Origin: an uncultured Gammaproteobacteria bacterium | Lineage (GTDB): Bacteria > Pseudomonadota > Gammaproteobacteria > Pseudomonadales > JAHEGP01 | Assembly (NCBI GenBank): GCA_963751595.1 | Contig: CAVVVC010000004.1 | Span: 73,262 to 137,261 of the forward strand | Length of the DNA: 64,000 bases | Direction of reading: 5' to 3' | Shown: piece by piece, positions 49,625-59,700 of the stretch | How positions within the stretch are numbered: position 1 is the first letter of the stretch | Layout: every line of letters begins with the position of its first letter | Made by a program: the position numbers and the translations under genes | Notes under the pieces: generated by a model | Database searches by the model: none | What the model saw: only the letters and a program-made list of their open reading frames with translations | Told to the model about the DNA's origin: nothing

Positions 49625-52207
49625 ATGAAATTGAAAACCAGGCAGGGTCTACCCGGCCCAACGACGTTATTACACTGCAGCTATACGACTTTGTTGGTCA
49701 GTCTGCTTGGATACTCGCTTCCAAGCGTCGCCCAGGCACCACCGCCATTTCCGGCGCTTGCCACCATCGCCGTTCCCCAGCCCCTCGACCTCAACCAGTT
49801 TGTTAGCAATCAGTTCGCGGCGGAGGCACTGGGTAAGGCGCTGTTCTGGGATATGCAACTGGGAAGCGACGGGGTGCAGGCCTGTGCCAGTTGCCACTTT
49901 CATGCCGGGGCAGACAATCGCACGGTGAACCAGATCAACCCGGGAACCCTGGGCAATGACGACCAGTTTGGTAACAATCGGCTCGGGTTGTTGGAACCGG
50001 CCCCGGGTGCGGTGCGGCTGAACCAGGAACTCACCCCGGCGCATTTCCCTCTGCACAAACTGAGAAACCAGCATGCCGTCGGCGAGCCGGGGAACAATGA
50101 GAGCAATGTGGTGGTTGACAACAACGACGTAGTGTCTTCCCAGGGCGTTGTGCTCATGGACTTCGTCGATATTCAAATCGGTAATCCGGTTGATATCGGC
50201 GCTGCGGTGGTTGATCCGGTTTTCAATGTCAACGGCACTAACGTCCGCCGGGTCGAGCCTCGTAATACCCCGACGGTCATCAACGCGGTATTCAATTTCG
50301 AGAATTTCCACGACGGTCGCGCCAATAATATTTTCAATGGCAATAACCCGTTTGGACCCGCTGACCCCAGGCCCCACCTGCTGAATAATGAAACCGGTAC
50401 GCTGGTTCCGGAGGAGCTGCGGCTGCGCCACTCCTCGCTGGCTTCCCAGGCAGTGGGACCACCGCTGAGCGATTTCGAAATGTCGTGGCGCGGTCGGACC
50501 TGGCCCAAGGTGGGCAAGAAAATGCTCAGCCTGGAGCCGCTGGCCCAGCAGGCGGTGTCTCCGGATGATAGTCGCCTGGGCAACGTGGCCGACACTTCCG
50601 ATGGAGCAGGATTAATCCCCACAGTCTCCTATGCTTCCTTGATCCAGTCAGCCTTCCCGGCAAAATACTGGAATAATACCACCGAGAAGGTGGTCTACGA
50701 TGCCAGTGGCGATCCCAGCTTTTTGCCTGGTCCCGCGGATCCTCTAAATACTAACGAATACACCCAAATGGAGGCCAACTTCTCCTTCTTCTTCGGTATC
50801 GCCCTGCAAATGTACCAGGCCACGCTCGTTGCCAGCGCTTCCAAGGTGGACAAGTTCATCGACGGCAGTGGCGCACTCACCAACGAAGAACAGCTGGGTA
50901 TGGATGTGTTCGCCAACGACGGCAACTGTCTGGCCTGCCATGGCGGCGGCACCTTGATGGATGTTGATACCGCACTTATCCAGGGCGTCGACCCGACCGG
51001 TAACCCCGTCCTTTTCGATCAGAATCCCTTGTTCGCCAATGAGTTCATGCAGATCGCCACGGGTTTTGGCCTCTATGATAACGGCTTTCACAATACCGGG
51101 GTGCGCCCCACGGGTAACCCGGCAGCGCAGGCATTTGATTATCTGGCTGTCAATGAAGACGTGGGGCGGGGCGGTATGACAGGTCTCGGAGGAGGCCTCA
51201 CTGAGGTTTCCCTGTCGAAGGGTATTCTGGGCTTGCAGAATACCGGCGGCCCTACACTGCAAATGCCCGGGCTGGCGCCATTGCCCGGCTATATGGCCGA
51301 ATGGGTGCCGCCACTGCCACTGGGTTTCTTACCCAATGACACCAACCCAATACCGGGGAGGGTCACCAACTTCGGTGCCTTCAAAACGCCTGGCTTGCGC
51401 AATATCGCGCTGCAGGGTCCCTACATGCATAACGGTGGCCTGTCGACCCTGCGCCAGGTGGTCGACTTCTACGTGCGCGGTGGCGACTTCCCTTTGACCA
51501 ATGCCCATAACTTCGATTCCGAGGGCATGACGGTACTGCCCTTGTTGCGCGACACCGGCGCGGTGCCCGGGCAGCCGACACCGGAACAACTGCGAGACGC
51601 ACTGGTGCAGTTTATGGTGGCCTTGACCGACTCCCGGGTGGCCAACGAGGAGGCACCCTTCGATCATCCGGAGTTGTTCGTACCCATTACCGGCACTGCG
51701 CCAGTTACCCCCGGTACCCGCGCGCTGCTGCTGGCAGACACTACCAATTTCCGCCAGGTCCCGGCTGTAGGCAGTGACGGTCGCAATGCGCTGTTCCTGC
51801 CCCCGCTAGGTACCTTTCTGGGTCTGAACCCCCGTAGCGCCAGCATTGTTGCCGATGCTGACCTCGATTTGATTGCCGACAACCTCGACAACTGCGAGGA
51901 CGATGCCAACCCCTTGCAGGAAGATGGCGAAGGGGATGGCGCGGGTGATGCCTGCGATAACTGTGTTGCCGTGGCCAATGCCGATCAGCGCGATACCGAT
52001 GGCGATGGCTTCGGCAATATCTGCGATGCGGACCTGAACAACGACGGCAACACCAACCTGACCGACTTTGGCCTTTTTCGAACTTCTTTCGGTGCGAGCT
52101 CGCCGTTAAGTCCGGCAGAAGAAAATGCGGATTTGAACGGCGATGGCACGGTGAACCTGAGCGACTTTGGCTTATTTCGGAGTATGTTCGGCCAACCACC
52201 GGGGTAA
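49625..52207 (+). CDS. di-haem cytochrome c peroxidase / MauG-family protein with C-terminal TSP3/dockerin-like module
   Basis: 860 aa with a signal peptide. Two CxxCH sites (ACASCHFHAG and NCLACHGGG). Family blocks LGKALFWDMQLGSDG and FKTPGLRNIALQGPYMHNGGLSTLRQVVDFY. The last 118 aa (51851..52204) are the shared module. Confidence 0.85.
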   Translation: MKLKTRQGLPGPTTLLHCSYTTLLVSLLGYSLPSVAQAPPPFPALATIAVPQPLDLNQFVSNQFAAEALGKALFWDMQLGSDGVQACASCHFHAGADNRTVNQINPGTLGNDDQFGNNRLGLLEPAPGAVRLNQELTPAHFPLHKLRNQHAVGEPGNNESNVVVDNNDVVSSQGVVLMDFVDIQIGNPVDIGAAVVDPVFNVNGTNVRRVEPRNTPTVINAVFNFENFHDGRANNIFNGNNPFGPADPRPHLLNNETGTLVPEELRLRHSSLASQAVGPPLSDFEMSWRGRTWPKVGKKMLSLEPLAQQAVSPDDSRLGNVADTSDGAGLIPTVSYASLIQSAFPAKYWNNTTEKVVYDASGDPSFLPGPADPLNTNEYTQMEANFSFFFGIALQMYQATLVASASKVDKFIDGSGALTNEEQLGMDVFANDGNCLACHGGGTLMDVDTALIQGVDPTGNPVLFDQNPLFANEFMQIATGFGLYDNGFHNTGVRPTGNPAAQAFDYLAVNEDVGRGGMTGLGGGLTEVSLSKGILGLQNTGGPTLQMPGLAPLPGYMAEWVPPLPLGFLPNDTNPIPGRVTNFGAFKTPGLRNIALQGPYMHNGGLSTLRQVVDFYVRGGDFPLTNAHNFDSEGMTVLPLLRDTGAVPGQPTPEQLRDALVQFMVALTDSRVANEEAPFDHPELFVPITGTAPVTPGTRALLLADTTNFRQVPAVGSDGRNALFLPPLGTFLGLNPRSASIVADADLDLIADNLDNCEDDANPLQEDGEGDGAGDACDNCVAVANADQRDTDGDGFGNICDADLNNDGNTNLTDFGLFRTSFGASSPLSPAEENADLNGDGTVNLSDFGLFRSMFGQPPG

Positions 52208-52248
52208 TAGCGCGCTGCTGTGAAGACAGAAAAACAAGGATAATAAAA

Positions 52249-53484
52249 ATGAAACTTTCTGAAAACGCTGCGTCTCATTGTCCCCGAGCGGGGGGCGCAG
52301 CAAAGGCGGTGTTACTGGCTGTTCTTCTCGCTGCAGGCCCCGCCCAGGCGGTGCTGGTGGATTTCGGCCCCATTGATCCTTCGCACGGTTACCCTCTGTG
52401 GTACCGCGGCGCAGATGGTCTTGGCCTTGAATTGTGCCTCAGCGAGGCCGCCGCCAATGCTGCTATTCCGGGTAACCTGCTTTGTCTGCTGGATCCAGGT
52501 GAAAGGCAGGAGCCAGGCAATCCGTTCATATCCTACCCGGATAATTTCTGGCCGGAGGTGTTCTGGACCCGGGTAGATGCAGAAACGCCCACAGCTTTGG
52601 GTAGTGCATTGTTGGTAACGGCCTTGGAGGGGGCATTTTTCAATGAGGAACCGGTCGCCGGCGAAAATATCAGCTTTGCCCGCATTCGCGTTCGTATCGA
52701 CAACCCGGTCGCGGGCGCAGACCTTAAGGTCACCCATCCTTATGGGGTATTGACCTTTGAGAATCAACCTGCGGGCCTGCGGGCCATCAATTTTACCAGC
52801 GATGTCGGAATACAGGCCACACCACCGCCGCCCAGCGACTATACCGGAGCACTGGGTGGCAGCATCGGACCTTTCCTGCGCTGGACCGCTCCGGACTTCC
52901 CGGTACTGGATCAGAATGGTGTCGCTTACATTGGCGATCCCAATATTCCCCATACCGTGACGGGCAGCCCGCTGGGCACCAACTTTTTCAGAGTTGAAGG
53001 GCCAGTGGGGTTAGGCAGCCCCGGCGCGCCCAACCTCTGTGCCGACCCGCTATTGGGTGACGATCCGACGGATTTCACCGATTGTATCGAGACCGACCTG
53101 TTTGTGGGTTCCGGGAAAATTGCTGATTCCGACGCCGATGGCAGCCAGGACCATGCCGACAATTGTCCCGCTGTAGCTAACCCGGGACAGCAAGATAACG
53201 ACCGCGACGGGCTGGGCAATGCCTGCGATAACTGCATTGATGTAGCCAACGCCGACCAGCGCAATACTGGCGCCAACCCGGCTTTTGGCAACATGTGTGA
53301 TGCCGATCTCGACAATAACGGTGTGGTAAATTTGGCCGATTATAGCCTGTTCAGGTCGGAGTTTGGGTCAGTAGAGCCTTTGAGCGCGGCGCAAGAGAAC
53401 GCAGACTTCGACGGTGACGGCAATGTCAATCTCGGCGACTTCAACCGCCTGAGGACAATGTTCGGAAAGGCCCCGGGGCCATGA
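52249..53484 (+). CDS. secreted protein, unknown family B, tagged
   Basis: 411 aa with a signal peptide ..LLAAGPAQA. Family-B blocks: GYPLWYRGADGLGLELC, FARIRVRIDNPVAGADLKVTHPYGVLTF, IGPFLRWT, HTVTGSPLGTNFFRVEGP, DLFVGSGKI. The last 120 aa (53122..53481) are the shared module. Confidence 0.85.
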   Translation: MKLSENAASHCPRAGGAAKAVLLAVLLAAGPAQAVLVDFGPIDPSHGYPLWYRGADGLGLELCLSEAAANAAIPGNLLCLLDPGERQEPGNPFISYPDNFWPEVFWTRVDAETPTALGSALLVTALEGAFFNEEPVAGENISFARIRVRIDNPVAGADLKVTHPYGVLTFENQPAGLRAINFTSDVGIQATPPPPSDYTGALGGSIGPFLRWTAPDFPVLDQNGVAYIGDPNIPHTVTGSPLGTNFFRVEGPVGLGSPGAPNLCADPLLGDDPTDFTDCIETDLFVGSGKIADSDADGSQDHADNCPAVANPGQQDNDRDGLGNACDNCIDVANADQRNTGANPAFGNMCDADLDNNGVVNLADYSLFRSEFGSVEPLSAAQENADFDGDGNVNLGDFNRLRTMFGKAPGP

Positions 53485-53566
53485 AGGACGCAGCACCGAT
53501 ACCAGCCAGACACATTGGGCCGTTTTGGTCTAGGAACAAAATATTTCAGGTTGCGGAGAATATAAG

Positions 53567-54865
53567 ATGAAAACGTTCAGACTATGGCTAGTGTCAAGTA
53601 CGCTGCTGATTGGCTTGGCACAGACCGGCTTGGCTGCCTGCCCCGCCGATGGCGCCAAGCCCATGAATATAGGGCCCCACTCCGCGCAGACCACGTTTCC
53701 GCTCTGGGTGCAGGACTCCGAGGGGTTGGCGCTGGAGATTTGCCCGGGAACTGATGCGGTTAACTGCATCTCGGTACCACCCTTCACCGCGGCCGATTTC
53801 CCCGGCGACCCGGATGCCGCCGCAAAAGCCGCGTTATCGCAACAGATAGGGTTTGGCGACGAGGGTTTCTGGGCCTCTGCGGAAACCAGCATTGCTTTAC
53901 CCGGCGGTGGGCAGGCTTTGCTGGTGTCCGCGGTTGAAGCCGCCTTCCTGCCGGATTTTGCCCCCGGAAACCAGGTTCCTTTCACCCGACTGCGTCTTCG
54001 CATCGACATCCCGCAGGACGGCACCTATATCGTCACCCATCCCTGGGGCCAGATCACTTACGACATCGTCGGCGCCGCCAATAGCGGGGATATCAACGAC
54101 TCCTTCGATATTCCCTTCGCGGCGGACCAGGTTGGCTACCAGGGTCGCATCGGCCCCGTCCTGACTTGGGACACTTTTCCCGACGATCCACTCCTCAGTG
54201 GTGGCGCTTACATCGGTACATTGGCCGTAGATCGCCCGGTGAAGGGTAGCCCCTGCGGCACCAATTATTTTCGTATCGAGGGCCCGAACATTGGTGGGAA
54301 CGGCATCGATTTTATCCAAACCGACCTGTTTACAGTCACCGGTAAAGTGTACACCGGCGCGTTACCGACACCGCTGGAGGTCAGTCAGGTGAGCTACAGC
54401 CGCGCTGCCAGTGGCAGGGTCAATGTGTTCGCCGAGGCGCCCACTCAGGCAACCGTGAGTTTTAGTGGTGGAGGTGATCTGCCCGCCGGTCAACTGCCCA
54501 TGACAGGAGACGGCAGCGGTCGCTTTTTTGGCAGTGTGGCGCTGGCACCGGGGGCGACACTACCGGCCGAGGTGACCGTCACGGCAAGCAATGCTGCGGT
54601 AGGCGCCCAACCGGCCGAGACCGTCAACCCCCTGGTTGACCTGGTTACCATTTCCCGGGCGGAATTTGATTACGCGACCGGTGATCTGACCATTGAGGCC
54701 CACTCCAGCGACGAGGTCGCGCCACCCGTGCTGTCCGCCCTGGGGCAAAACCTTAGCAACGGCGTGTTGAGCACCAATTTGATCGTTGCCCCGCCGACGG
54801 TGACCGTAAGTTCGTCTGCGGGCGGTTCCGCCACCATCCCAGTGACAGTGATTCACACCCCATAA
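53567..54865 (+). CDS. secreted protein, unknown family B, untagged
   Basis: 432 aa with a signal peptide ..IGLAQTGLAA. Blocks: FPLWVQDSEGLALEIC, FTRLRLRIDIPQDGTYIVTHPWGQITY, IGPVLTWDT, VKGSPCGTNYFRIEGP, DLFTVTGKVY. It ends VTVSSSAGGSATIPVTVIHTP, at the position where the next gene (..VTVSSSAGGLATSLVAVVNSADEDGDG..) continues into the module. Confidence 0.85.
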   Translation: MKTFRLWLVSSTLLIGLAQTGLAACPADGAKPMNIGPHSAQTTFPLWVQDSEGLALEICPGTDAVNCISVPPFTAADFPGDPDAAAKAALSQQIGFGDEGFWASAETSIALPGGGQALLVSAVEAAFLPDFAPGNQVPFTRLRLRIDIPQDGTYIVTHPWGQITYDIVGAANSGDINDSFDIPFAADQVGYQGRIGPVLTWDTFPDDPLLSGGAYIGTLAVDRPVKGSPCGTNYFRIEGPNIGGNGIDFIQTDLFTVTGKVYTGALPTPLEVSQVSYSRAASGRVNVFAEAPTQATVSFSGGGDLPAGQLPMTGDGSGRFFGSVALAPGATLPAEVTVTASNAAVGAQPAETVNPLVDLVTISRAEFDYATGDLTIEAHSSDEVAPPVLSALGQNLSNGVLSTNLIVAPPTVTVSSSAGGSATIPVTVIHTP

Positions 54866-54886
54866 GCGCAGCCGGAGACTGATAGA

Positions 54887-56614
54887 ATGAACAATAAAAT
54901 AGACAAAACCATGGTCCCGGTCTTGCTTGGTTTGCTCTTGAGCTCGACCACCAGCAATGCTGCGGATTTTTTTGCCGGCCCGCCGAACCCCAACAACGGT
55001 TTCTCGGAATACTTGACCGACGCCAATGGGCTTGAGTTAGAACTGTGCCTCGACCCCGCCTTCTGCCTTTTCGACCCTTTAGATCCGACCAACGATTTTT
55101 CAAATCAGATCGGCTTTGGTGCGGAAGGCTTCTGGTGGCTGGCCGAACCCGACACATCCGGCTTCCCGGGTACCATCGGGGCCACGCTGGTGCTTGCTGC
55201 CGAGGCCGCATTTGCCGCGGAAGTTCCCATTGATGGCGACCAGTTCCCCTTCACCCGGTTGCGCATTCGCCTGGATCTCCCGGTGCCAGGGATCTACCGC
55301 GTAACCGAGCCTTATGGGGTACACATTTACACCGTCACTGCCGTGGGTGCGGGCCTCGAGGTCAACGAAAGCTTCGACGTGCAGTTTAACCAGGGCACCA
55401 TCGATGACCAGGGCAATGTGACGGAAGCCGTCAACACCTATGGCGGCCCCTGGCTAACCTGGGATACCTACCCCAATGATGCTGCACTGGAAAACACCGG
55501 TGACGGGGTCGCGGATTTCATTGGTGACGGTGCCACCCCGCATGCGGTTATCGGTAGCCCCGCTGGCAACAACTTCTTCAAAATCGAGGCGTTTTCGGAC
55601 GCAGCCTTGACCGTCCCCTTGAACACCTTCGACCCAGGTGATGGCGATGACGATGGCAGTGCCAACAGTGTCACGGCCAGCCTGTTTACCGTGGTGGGTA
55701 AAGTCTACGACGGTCGACTCGCCACGGCAATGAGCGCCGAGCGCCTTACCTACTCGCGGGATGCCGGCGGTACCGGGCAGGTCGATGTATTCACCCGGGG
55801 CGCTGCGACCGCTAGCGTGACAGCTGCGGGCGGTCCCAATCTGGGCGGGCCTTTCAGCTTACTTGCGGATCAGGGCAACTTCTTTTTGAGCCAGCAGTTG
55901 ACGCCCAACGCGGTGGCATTGCCCTCTTCGGTAAACATTGAGGCAACCGATACGACCGCTGATCCGACCCGCTTGATTCAATCGCTGTCGGATTTCGTGA
56001 GCATTACGCGTGCGGAATATGACCTGGGAGCTTCGCCTCCGGCCCTGACCATCGAGGCTGCATCGAGCGATGCCCTGACTCCGCCGGTGCTCACGATCGT
56101 CGAGCTGGATCAGCCGCTGACTGCGGGCAGTGCAGTTATCACTGAAACGGCGGCGGGCGACCCGATCGCACCGCCTGCCTTGGTTACGGTGAGCTCCTCC
56201 GCCGGCGGACTTGCGACCAGCCTGGTGGCGGTGGTTAATTCAGCTGATGAGGACGGCGACGGCGTGTCTGATGACCTGGACAATTGCCCGCAGACTCCCA
56301 ACTCGGGGCAGGCGGATACCGACGCGGATAGTATTGGCAACGCCTGCGATAACTGCCTGCAAGTTGCCAACACCGACCAGCGTGATACCAATGATGATGG
56401 CTTCGGTAATGCCTGTGATGCAGACCTTGACAACAGCGGAGTCGTCAACTTGGCCGACTTTCAATTGTTTCGAGGCGTTTTTGGAGAGTCGCCATTGAGT
56501 CAACTTGGAGACGATGCCGATTTTGATGGCGACGGTAATGTTAATTTGGGAGATTACGGCAAGTTCAGAAGCGTGTTTGGGCAAAAACCCGGTCCATCAT
56601 GCTGTGCGCCTTAA
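54887..56614 (+). CDS. secreted protein, unknown family B, tagged
   Basis: 575 aa with a signal peptide ..LLSSTTSNAA. Blocks: FSEYLTDANGLELELC, FTRLRIRLDLPVPGIYRVTEPYGVHIY, GGPWLTWDT, HAVIGSPAGNNFFKIEAF, SLFTVVGKVY. The last 124 aa (56240..56611) are the shared module. Confidence 0.85.
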   Translation: MNNKIDKTMVPVLLGLLLSSTTSNAADFFAGPPNPNNGFSEYLTDANGLELELCLDPAFCLFDPLDPTNDFSNQIGFGAEGFWWLAEPDTSGFPGTIGATLVLAAEAAFAAEVPIDGDQFPFTRLRIRLDLPVPGIYRVTEPYGVHIYTVTAVGAGLEVNESFDVQFNQGTIDDQGNVTEAVNTYGGPWLTWDTYPNDAALENTGDGVADFIGDGATPHAVIGSPAGNNFFKIEAFSDAALTVPLNTFDPGDGDDDGSANSVTASLFTVVGKVYDGRLATAMSAERLTYSRDAGGTGQVDVFTRGAATASVTAAGGPNLGGPFSLLADQGNFFLSQQLTPNAVALPSSVNIEATDTTADPTRLIQSLSDFVSITRAEYDLGASPPALTIEAASSDALTPPVLTIVELDQPLTAGSAVITETAAGDPIAPPALVTVSSSAGGLATSLVAVVNSADEDGDGVSDDLDNCPQTPNSGQADTDADSIGNACDNCLQVANTDQRDTNDDGFGNACDADLDNSGVVNLADFQLFRGVFGESPLSQLGDDADFDGDGNVNLGDYGKFRSVFGQKPGPSCCAP

Positions 56615-56759
56615 CCCAAGGGCATGGGCAAGGATGCCCGTTGCGAAGAAAGGTGTCGGTCGGCAACAAATAATGGAATGAAAGGCCGAAAGGGATTGGT
56701 TGTTTCAGCAAGGCTGAGTACAAAGGCATGATCTGTAAAACAGATCGGGAGACAGGAAA

Positions 56760-59700
56760 ATGAAATCCAGAAAAACAAGATCGATAACTAAGTCGGTGCG
56801 AACCGCAAAAATGGCGGGCCTATTGGGCTTGGCTGGCCTTTCGCAGACGGCCACAGCCGCCGTCAACATACCCTCGGACATGCCCGCCAGTCCACTATTT
56901 GGCGCGCAGTCCTTTGCCCAGCAAATGCTGCGTTTCGAAGAGTTCGAGGTGCGCTTGATGCCGGCGCCCGGAGCCGACCAGACGAGAACATTCGATCCGC
57001 CCAATACCTGTGACGGCAGGCCGAACCCCTCCGCTATGGAGAGCCTGCTCGACGCGCCCCTGTGGCCAGATCCAACCATAGAGGCCAATACCAGTCTGCC
57101 CAACCCCTGGGCCGGGGCTATCGATAGCTGTATCCCGGGGGTCATTCCCAGCGGGGGCGCGATAGAGGGCAGGCCGCCGGGCGTGAGTTTCTCCCACCAG
57201 CGTTATGATGAGTTCCCCCCCGCGGTATACGCCCAGAGCATGATGGGCGCTGCCCGCGCCGGCACCGGTCGCCTGGATGATGCACAAAGCCACGGCTACG
57301 CAGTGGGTGAGTTCGCACCTGGCGGGCTATACCACAACACCACGGGCGCCTTCGGTGGTACCTCCAATGGCACTACCGCCGGCATTGAAATCAAATTTCA
57401 CCCCTCCATGCCGGCGCAGGATCCAAACCGGCTGTGGACCTTCGGCGATGGTACGCTGCCACCGAAACTACTGAGGGCCCGCTATGGCCAGCCGATTCTG
57501 TTTCGCCATTACAATGCCTTGCCCATCAACGTTGGCGCCAACGACGGCTTTGGCGAGCACACGATCACTACCCACCAGCACAATGGCCATAACCCCGGTG
57601 AGGTCGACGGCTTTGCCGGTGCCTACTTCTTCCCTGGACAGTTCTACGACTATCGCTGGCCCATGGTACTGGCGGGTTACGACAGCATCAACGCGGATGC
57701 GCGGGATCCCCGTGCCTCTACTCCGTGCTCAGCGGGCGAGGTGCTGATGATTGCCGACCCCAATACCGGCACAACCAAGCCCAAGACCTGCGACCCCGAA
57801 ACGCTAACGGTCAATATTCCGGGCGACTGGCGCGAGACCATGAGTACGCTCTGGTTCCATGACCACATGATCGACCGCACCTCGGAGAACGTCTACAAGG
57901 GCAACGCGGCGATGATGAACTACTACAGTGGCATCGATCGCGGCAAGGAAGGCTTTCGCTGCGATTATGCTGACACCCCCGAGCAGGATAATGTCAATCT
58001 GTGCTTCCCCAGCGGAACCGCCCTGGACTGGGGGAACCGCGATTACGATATCCAGTTGCTGATTGCCGCCAAGGCCTGGAATCAAAGTGGTCAGTTAGAC
58101 ATGGCGCTGGGCCTCAATGAAGATGGTTTCCTGGGAGACAGAATGACGGTTAACTGGCTGTACGAGCCGTATCTCGAGGTGCGTCCCCGCCGCTACCGCT
58201 TCCGGGTGCTCAACGGTGCCGTGGCGCGCTTCTTCAAGTTCGCTATTGTCGAGCAGGTGCAGGGTGGTGGTGGAACGTTCCAGGGCCCTCCGGGCTCTGG
58301 CGTGTCCTACAATCGGGTGCCGTACTTCATGGTTGCCAACGACGGCAACATCATGGAATATGCTGTTCCCTTTGGCCCGGGCAACCCCAATGGGGTCGAC
58401 CCGGATCTGCCGATTCAGTCAATTGCCGAAAGGTTCGATATTATCATTGACTTCGCCGGCAAGGCCGCGGGCACCAAGCTGTACATGGTAAACACCCTGG
58501 GGCATGACAATGGCCGTGGCCCCAAAGGTGTGGAGCCGCTCGCCAATATCCTCAATGGCACCTTCAGTCCAGAAATCCAACCCGGCTGCAATGACAACAA
58601 CTGCTGGTCAGACGACCCCACGCTGAGGCCCTTCCTGGAATTCCGGGTAGGCGCCTCTAACGGAGAGCCGGATTTGAGCATGGACCCCAACCTGTACGTC
58701 GCGACGGAGTTTGGTGGAGGGGGTAAAACCATGATTCCCCTGGTGCAATTTACCCAGGCGGAGCTCGATGGGGCCATCCATCGTACCTTCGACTTCACCC
58801 GGGGAGGTAATCCTGGAGAAGCAACCGATGGTCGCCAGACGCCTTGGGGTATCGTTACCGACGACGAGCCAGAAACTGGTGCTTGTTTAGATGATCCAAT
58901 CGCGAATCCGGGCACATGCTCCCGCACCGCCGACGTGAACCGGGTGTCGGCGGCCCCGGAAACCATCGGTGGCGGCGTCGAGATCTGGCACATCAGAAAT
59001 GGTGGCGGCGGCTGGGGCCACCCGGTGCATATCCACTTTGAAGAGGGCCAGTACCTGAACCGCGACGGAGCCATCCCGCCCCCCTGGGAGGTCGGCGCGC
59101 GCAAGGATATGTATCGCGTATCGGGTCTTGACGATCCCGGTAGCAGCTCGAATATCTCAGTTGCAATTCGCTTTCGCGAGTTTGCCGGTACCTACGTGGA
59201 GCACTGCCACAATACTACCCACGAAGACAAAGCCATGCTGCTGCGCTGGGATAACGAAATGCCGGGGCAAACGGTGCGCATACCGACACCGTTGCCGACC
59301 TGGGACGGCGTGGGCTATATCAGTGCCCTCAACCCACAGCCGTTTACCGACGCTACAGCAGTGGTGGAGTTACCAACCATCAAGACCGGTAACGTGGCAA
59401 TGGCGGCGGCTTCTGACCTGGACGGCGATGGCATTCTGGATAGCGTCGACAACTGTGTCATAGTCCCGAATCCGGGGCAGGAGGATGTGCTGGATATAGG
59501 TGGACCTGATGGCGTTGGCGATGCCTGCGATAATTGCCAACTGCTTGCCAACCCGGACCAGCTTGATACCAACGCCGACGGCTTTGGCAACGCCTGCGAT
59601 GCGGATCTCAACGGCGACGGCCAGGTGAACTTGGCTGACTTTGCTGAGTTCAGGGCGTCGTTCGGCACGAGCGGGAAAGATGCAGACCTCAATGGCGATG

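Noticed and set aside
56760-56870. Twin-arginine (Tat) signal on the multicopper oxidase
   Set aside because: The N-terminus MKSRKTRSITKSVRTAKMAGLL... has no RR pair in an S/T-R-R-x-F-L-K context, so it is treated as a Sec signal.
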